From positions 1-28,969 of the IMG/VR virus record IMGVR_UViG_3300021092_000143: a DNA stretch of 28,969 nt; one strand, written 5' to 3'. Positions within the stretch are counted from its first letter, which is position 1; each line of letters begins with the position of its first letter. Positions 26,001 to 28,969 of this stretch are shown here, piece by piece. Made by a program: the position numbers and the translations under genes. The notes beneath the pieces are model-generated. The model ran no database searches. It was given only the letters and a program-made list of their open reading frames with translations, and was not told the origin of the DNA. Source of the stretch: a virus. Its lineage: Duplodnaviria > Caudoviricetes.

Positions 26001-28969
26001 TTGGACGGTGCTAGATTAACTGATTTTATTGATATTAGACCAAGAGTTTCACCATACACCCCATCAAATAGATCCCCATTTGAATTTAATTCAAGAAATT
26101 TTGATGTAGATGGTCAATACTCAAATTATGTTTTAGCATCTGGTGAAAATATCATATTAAATTACACTTATTATGTTGGCAGAATTGATAAAGTTGTTTT
26201 AAGACCAGATGGATTATTCGAAATAATTCAAGGACAACCATCAAATGTCCCCACACCCCCACAAAATAAATCAAATACTTTAGATATTGCTACTATTTAT
26301 ATTTCACCATACACATTCAACACAAATAATGTTGCTGTTGACATGTCGGTACATAAAAGATATAGAATGTCCGATATCTCTAAATTGGAAGATAGAATTC
26401 AGAGACTTGAAAAATATACTACTTTATCCCTTTTAGAATCAAAGACTGAAAATTTAGTCATTAAAGATGCTGAAACTGGATTAGATAGATTTAAGTGTGG
26501 ATTTTTTGTGGATAATTTCACAAATCACATGTATCATGATACTTCAAATCCTTCATTTAGAAGTGCAATTGATACCAGTAAAGCAGCTTTAAGACCCAAG
26601 CATTTTACTACAAATTTAGACCTGGAGCTTGGATCCGAGGCAATTCTTGGTGTAGGACAAACATTTAATTCGAATGTAGATAAGAGTTACGTAACTGATC
26701 TCGGATCACCTGGAGTTAGAAAAACTGGTGATTTAATTACCCTTGATTACAATGAGGTTCTTTATTATGAACAACCATATGCAACTAAAACTGAAAGTGT
26801 CACTCCTTTCTTAGTAAGATATTGGGAAGGTTTAATAACTCTCAATCCTCCATCAGATTCTTGGATTGAAGAAGAATTTAGAACTCAAACAAACTTAATT
26901 GAAAATACATTTAATGCTCCACCAGTTCCAGATGAAAATATTACTGTTGTTGAAGATGTAATAGTTGATGATAGAATAAGTCAGGATGAAGCAAATGCTT
27001 TAGTTGGTATTAATGGTATTGATTGGATTGATAATGCAAGAAATATTCTTAATGGAGCAACAACTATTGGTGGAGTTCCTATAAATCTGGAAGGAGCAAA
27101 AAGAGGTGTTGGAAACGGTCCCAATAATCGTACAAATGAAATTGGTTTTTATTCTGGAACAGATACTTTACGTTTGGAAGTGAACATTGGACAAGTAACT
27201 CAAAAAGATAGAGATTTAATTACTAGATTATTGCCTCCAGATGCTGCTGCAAGTTTCTTCAATAGATTAGATAATGTACCATTTTTTGCTGGATTTATAG
27301 TTGTTGAGGTTGATTTTTCAACCGCTTCAGTTACTGTGGAAGACGTGGTTCAAGAGACAACAGAAACCACTACTCAAAGTATTCTTCTTCCACCAGAAAT
27401 TTTAACAGAAGAAACTATTTCTGAGTCGATTTCTCACTATACTGAACCTGTTAGATTCTTAAGAAGCAGAAATATAGAATTTGATATTAAAGGTTTAAGA
27501 CCAGTAACTAGATTCTATCCTTTCTTTGAGGGTATTGATGTAAGCAACTATGTTGTTCCGAAATTACTTGAGATTGAAATGGTTTCTGGTAAATTTGAAA
27601 TTGGAGAAACTGTTACTAGTGGTCCTTTTGATACTGAATCAAGAATTTCATTTAGACTTTGTAAACCAAATCATAAGACTGGACCTTTTGATGGTTCCAA
27701 TCCCCCAACAATATTAAATCCTGTCCCAGTTGTTGATTTGACAACCGGAGAAGTATTGCCACAGGATCCTAATTTAATTCCATCTTTAGATATATTTAAG
27801 TTAAATCCATATACACAACAATCAATAGAAAGTGATTATACAGAATCTTCTACTTTCTTGAATGTTGATACATTATCACTTCAACTTCCATCAGAAACAG
27901 AATACTCTGGTCTAGCAAGGCCTGAAATGACTTTAATAGGTAATTCTTCTGGTGCTGTTGCTAGGGTTAGAAGAATCAGATTAGTATCTGATAATAATGG
28001 AAGACTTTTAGGTTCTTTATTCATTCCAAATCCAAAGGTTATCGGCAATCCAAAATGGACTAACGGACAAAATACCTTTATGGTAATTGATACTCCTGAA
28101 CTCAATAATTTGGATGAAATTTTTGACGAGTTTATTGCTAACTCTAGAGTCAATGAAAGTTCTGCTCAGGAAGAATTCACTTCATCGGGTATTATAAATG
28201 TTGAAGAACTCACCATTACTACAACAAGAAATATAACAATTATTCCAGAAAGAGTTAGAAATGTAACTACTATTACAAATACAACTACATTAACTTCTCA
28301 AGTTAATGCATCTCAAGCTCAATGGGAGCAATGGGATCCTCTTGCACAGTCATTCTATGTTCGTGAGGAAACTGGTATTTTTGTAACTTCTTGTGATATT
28401 TTCTTTGAAACAAAGGATGAATTTATGCCCGTCACATTCCAAATCAGACCAATGATTGCGGGTGTTCCAAGCACAATGGTTGTTCCATTCTCTGAGGTTA
28501 CTCTTGAGCCAGATCAAGTTAATCTTTCTACAGATGGAACAGTTGCTACAAGAATCAGATTCCCATCTCCGGTCTATTTGAACGGACCAAAGGAAATTCC
28601 AACAAGACAAGCACCTATTGGAACTCAACAAGGTTCAGAATATGCAATGGTTCTCCTGTCAGGAAGTCCAAATTATAGGGTATTTGTTTCCGAACTTGGA
28701 CAAAATGATATCTATACAGGAGTAAAAGTTTCTCAACAGTTTACTCTGGGAAGTATGTTCAAATCCCAGAATGGTTCAACTTGGTCTCCTGCTCAACTGG
28801 AAGATCTTAGATATAGACTTTATAGAGCAGACTTTGTAAATGAAGGTCTTGTTAGATTCTTTAATCCAGATCTAGCAACATCTAATAAGAAAGTCACAGT
28901 TACTGGAGCAAATCAATTATTACCACTCTCAAGAAAAGTTGTAGTTGGTCTTGGATCAACTGGATATGA
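23016..28969 (+). CDS. vrlC: VrlC-like (DUF4815-type) large virion structural protein, 3'-truncated (>1984 aa)
   Basis: Hand-translated start MPQETNLNVSPYFDDFDSEKNYYKVLFKPGYPVQAREL; later NYAAPGADRFK, RYRMSDISKLEDRI, GLDRFKCGFFVDNF, DPLAQSFYV, GSMFKSQNGSTWSPAQLEDL. Frame is consistent to the window end, which explains its absence from the ORF track. Confidence 0.88.
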   Translation, partial: MPQETNLNVSPYFDDFDSEKNYYKVLFKPGYPVQARELNNLQSISQYQTEQFGKHIFKEGSVVIPGQLRYDNPLYAVEIESQYSGVPVSLYFDNLLGSRIRGSISGVTAEVVYLLKAEDSERGNNTIYVKYLQSGGEDFDTKIFSNGETLLLDTPVSYGNTTIQVGQGFCNVLTENGLSEGSSVSVADGVYFVRGIFANVSAQTILLDQYGVNPSYKVGFEVLESVVNSDEDPDLVDNAQGFSNYAAPGADRFKLELILTKKDINDNDVGSFVEILRVQNGSPQFFTKNAQYNLIRDELARRTSDESGDYFVKPFTLFVRDCLNDRTLSDGMFFEGQRTPQGNVASEDLMVYEIGPGKAYVSGYDVETISATLLDVPKARTTETVTSESVSYNAGSLAIVNRVYGSVTPGLGTDAVVSLMDSRIGSTSYVAAGTTIGYARVYEYLPETNYVDDTSRFELRLFDISTFTQIGLTTSLTSTLTTPAYVEGKRSNASGYLVESVSSGNRILNLYQVSGSFIENEPIVINGIEDTRLINFVRDYSIGDVKSVYSQTGITTFNADFALNKKSYIARPGTTFSITNGTSGISTVSAGLEYNFTRILKSGDIISYSLNGSDPVYNKVTNVSAAGTYFEVQALTSVSGICNGSLRTSDTSVSNIIKVSTNINSKNSSLVTRLTRKNIESINFSENEVIQRRVFTSTFSSNTISITVPPEDQDIFFESFDEDRYVISYEDGTYETLRRDQFLLSVTGKTATFSGLSKASGNAEIIATVKNVGASSKSKKLNKTSSIIVSNSKLSSSGIGTTTLNDGLTYSNVYGTRVQDREISLNVPDVLRFLAIYESDDSNDPTLPYLTLSGFSGPSNNNSDFIVGEQIVGSSSGAVALVFSKKDSDKIEYVFLNTFKFSIGETVLGKESNIQAIVSAKTNGSKNVSANYYLDGGQRGSYYDYGRIIRKRNVSEPKGKLKVIFQNYTIDSSDTGEFITANSYDVSNYKHDVPYLDGARLTDFIDIRPRVSPYTPSNRSPFEFNSRNFDVDGQYSNYVLASGENIILNYTYYVGRIDKVVLRPDGLFEIIQGQPSNVPTPPQNKSNTLDIATIYISPYTFNTNNVAVDMSVHKRYRMSDISKLEDRIQRLEKYTTLSLLESKTENLVIKDAETGLDRFKCGFFVDNFTNHMYHDTSNPSFRSAIDTSKAALRPKHFTTNLDLELGSEAILGVGQTFNSNVDKSYVTDLGSPGVRKTGDLITLDYNEVLYYEQPYATKTESVTPFLVRYWEGLITLNPPSDSWIEEEFRTQTNLIENTFNAPPVPDENITVVEDVIVDDRISQDEANALVGINGIDWIDNARNILNGATTIGGVPINLEGAKRGVGNGPNNRTNEIGFYSGTDTLRLEVNIGQVTQKDRDLITRLLPPDAAASFFNRLDNVPFFAGFIVVEVDFSTASVTVEDVVQETTETTTQSILLPPEILTEETISESISHYTEPVRFLRSRNIEFDIKGLRPVTRFYPFFEGIDVSNYVVPKLLEIEMVSGKFEIGETVTSGPFDTESRISFRLCKPNHKTGPFDGSNPPTILNPVPVVDLTTGEVLPQDPNLIPSLDIFKLNPYTQQSIESDYTESSTFLNVDTLSLQLPSETEYSGLARPEMTLIGNSSGAVARVRRIRLVSDNNGRLLGSLFIPNPKVIGNPKWTNGQNTFMVIDTPELNNLDEIFDEFIANSRVNESSAQEEFTSSGIINVEELTITTTRNITIIPERVRNVTTITNTTTLTSQVNASQAQWEQWDPLAQSFYVREETGIFVTSCDIFFETKDEFMPVTFQIRPMIAGVPSTMVVPFSEVTLEPDQVNLSTDGTVATRIRFPSPVYLNGPKEIPTRQAPIGTQQGSEYAMVLLSGSPNYRVFVSELGQNDIYTGVKVSQQFTLGSMFKSQNGSTWSPAQLEDLRYRLYRADFVNEGLVRFFNPDLATSNKKVTVTGANQLLPLSRKVVVGLGSTGY

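Noticed and set aside
11480-28631. Short ORFs nested in gp7 and the VrlC-like gene
   Set aside because: Off-frame or antisense shadows inside long structural genes.
1-28969. tRNA, rRNA, intron, intein or homing endonuclease
   Set aside because: No cloverleaf, no interrupted reading frames and no LAGLIDADG/HNH/GIY-YIG or intein motifs recognised by eye.

Overview
Window from a T4-like cyanophage (cyanomyovirus/Kyanoviridae-type) genome; all credible genes are on the + strand. Bases ~1-2.9 kb are an accessory, probably early region of tightly coupled 40-90 aa hypothetical genes. It is punctuated by a repeated 33-36 bp element (TAAAGT[T/G]AGTAACCTC[C/T]AAAGTGT...TAGT) and by a 380-bp non-coding block (1594-1976) holding a Fur-box-like site, direct and inverted repeats and two divergent sigma70 promoters. 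Bases ~2.9-5.7 kb encode a mannose-6-phosphate-isomerase-type cupin, a GT-A-fold glycosyltransferase-like protein and several small genes, plus a candidate pseudoknot/RBS-sequestering RNA switch. From 5.7 kb to the end is the late structural module: gp25, gp6, a 4031-aa gp7, a 425-aa fibre-like protein ending in a cupredoxin (type-1 copper) motif, gp8 and a VrlC-like protein of >1984 aa that runs off the window and is missing from the ORF track. Several real small ORFs (<60 aa) absent from the ORF track were translated by hand. Product calls rest on motif recognition and gene order, not on database searches.
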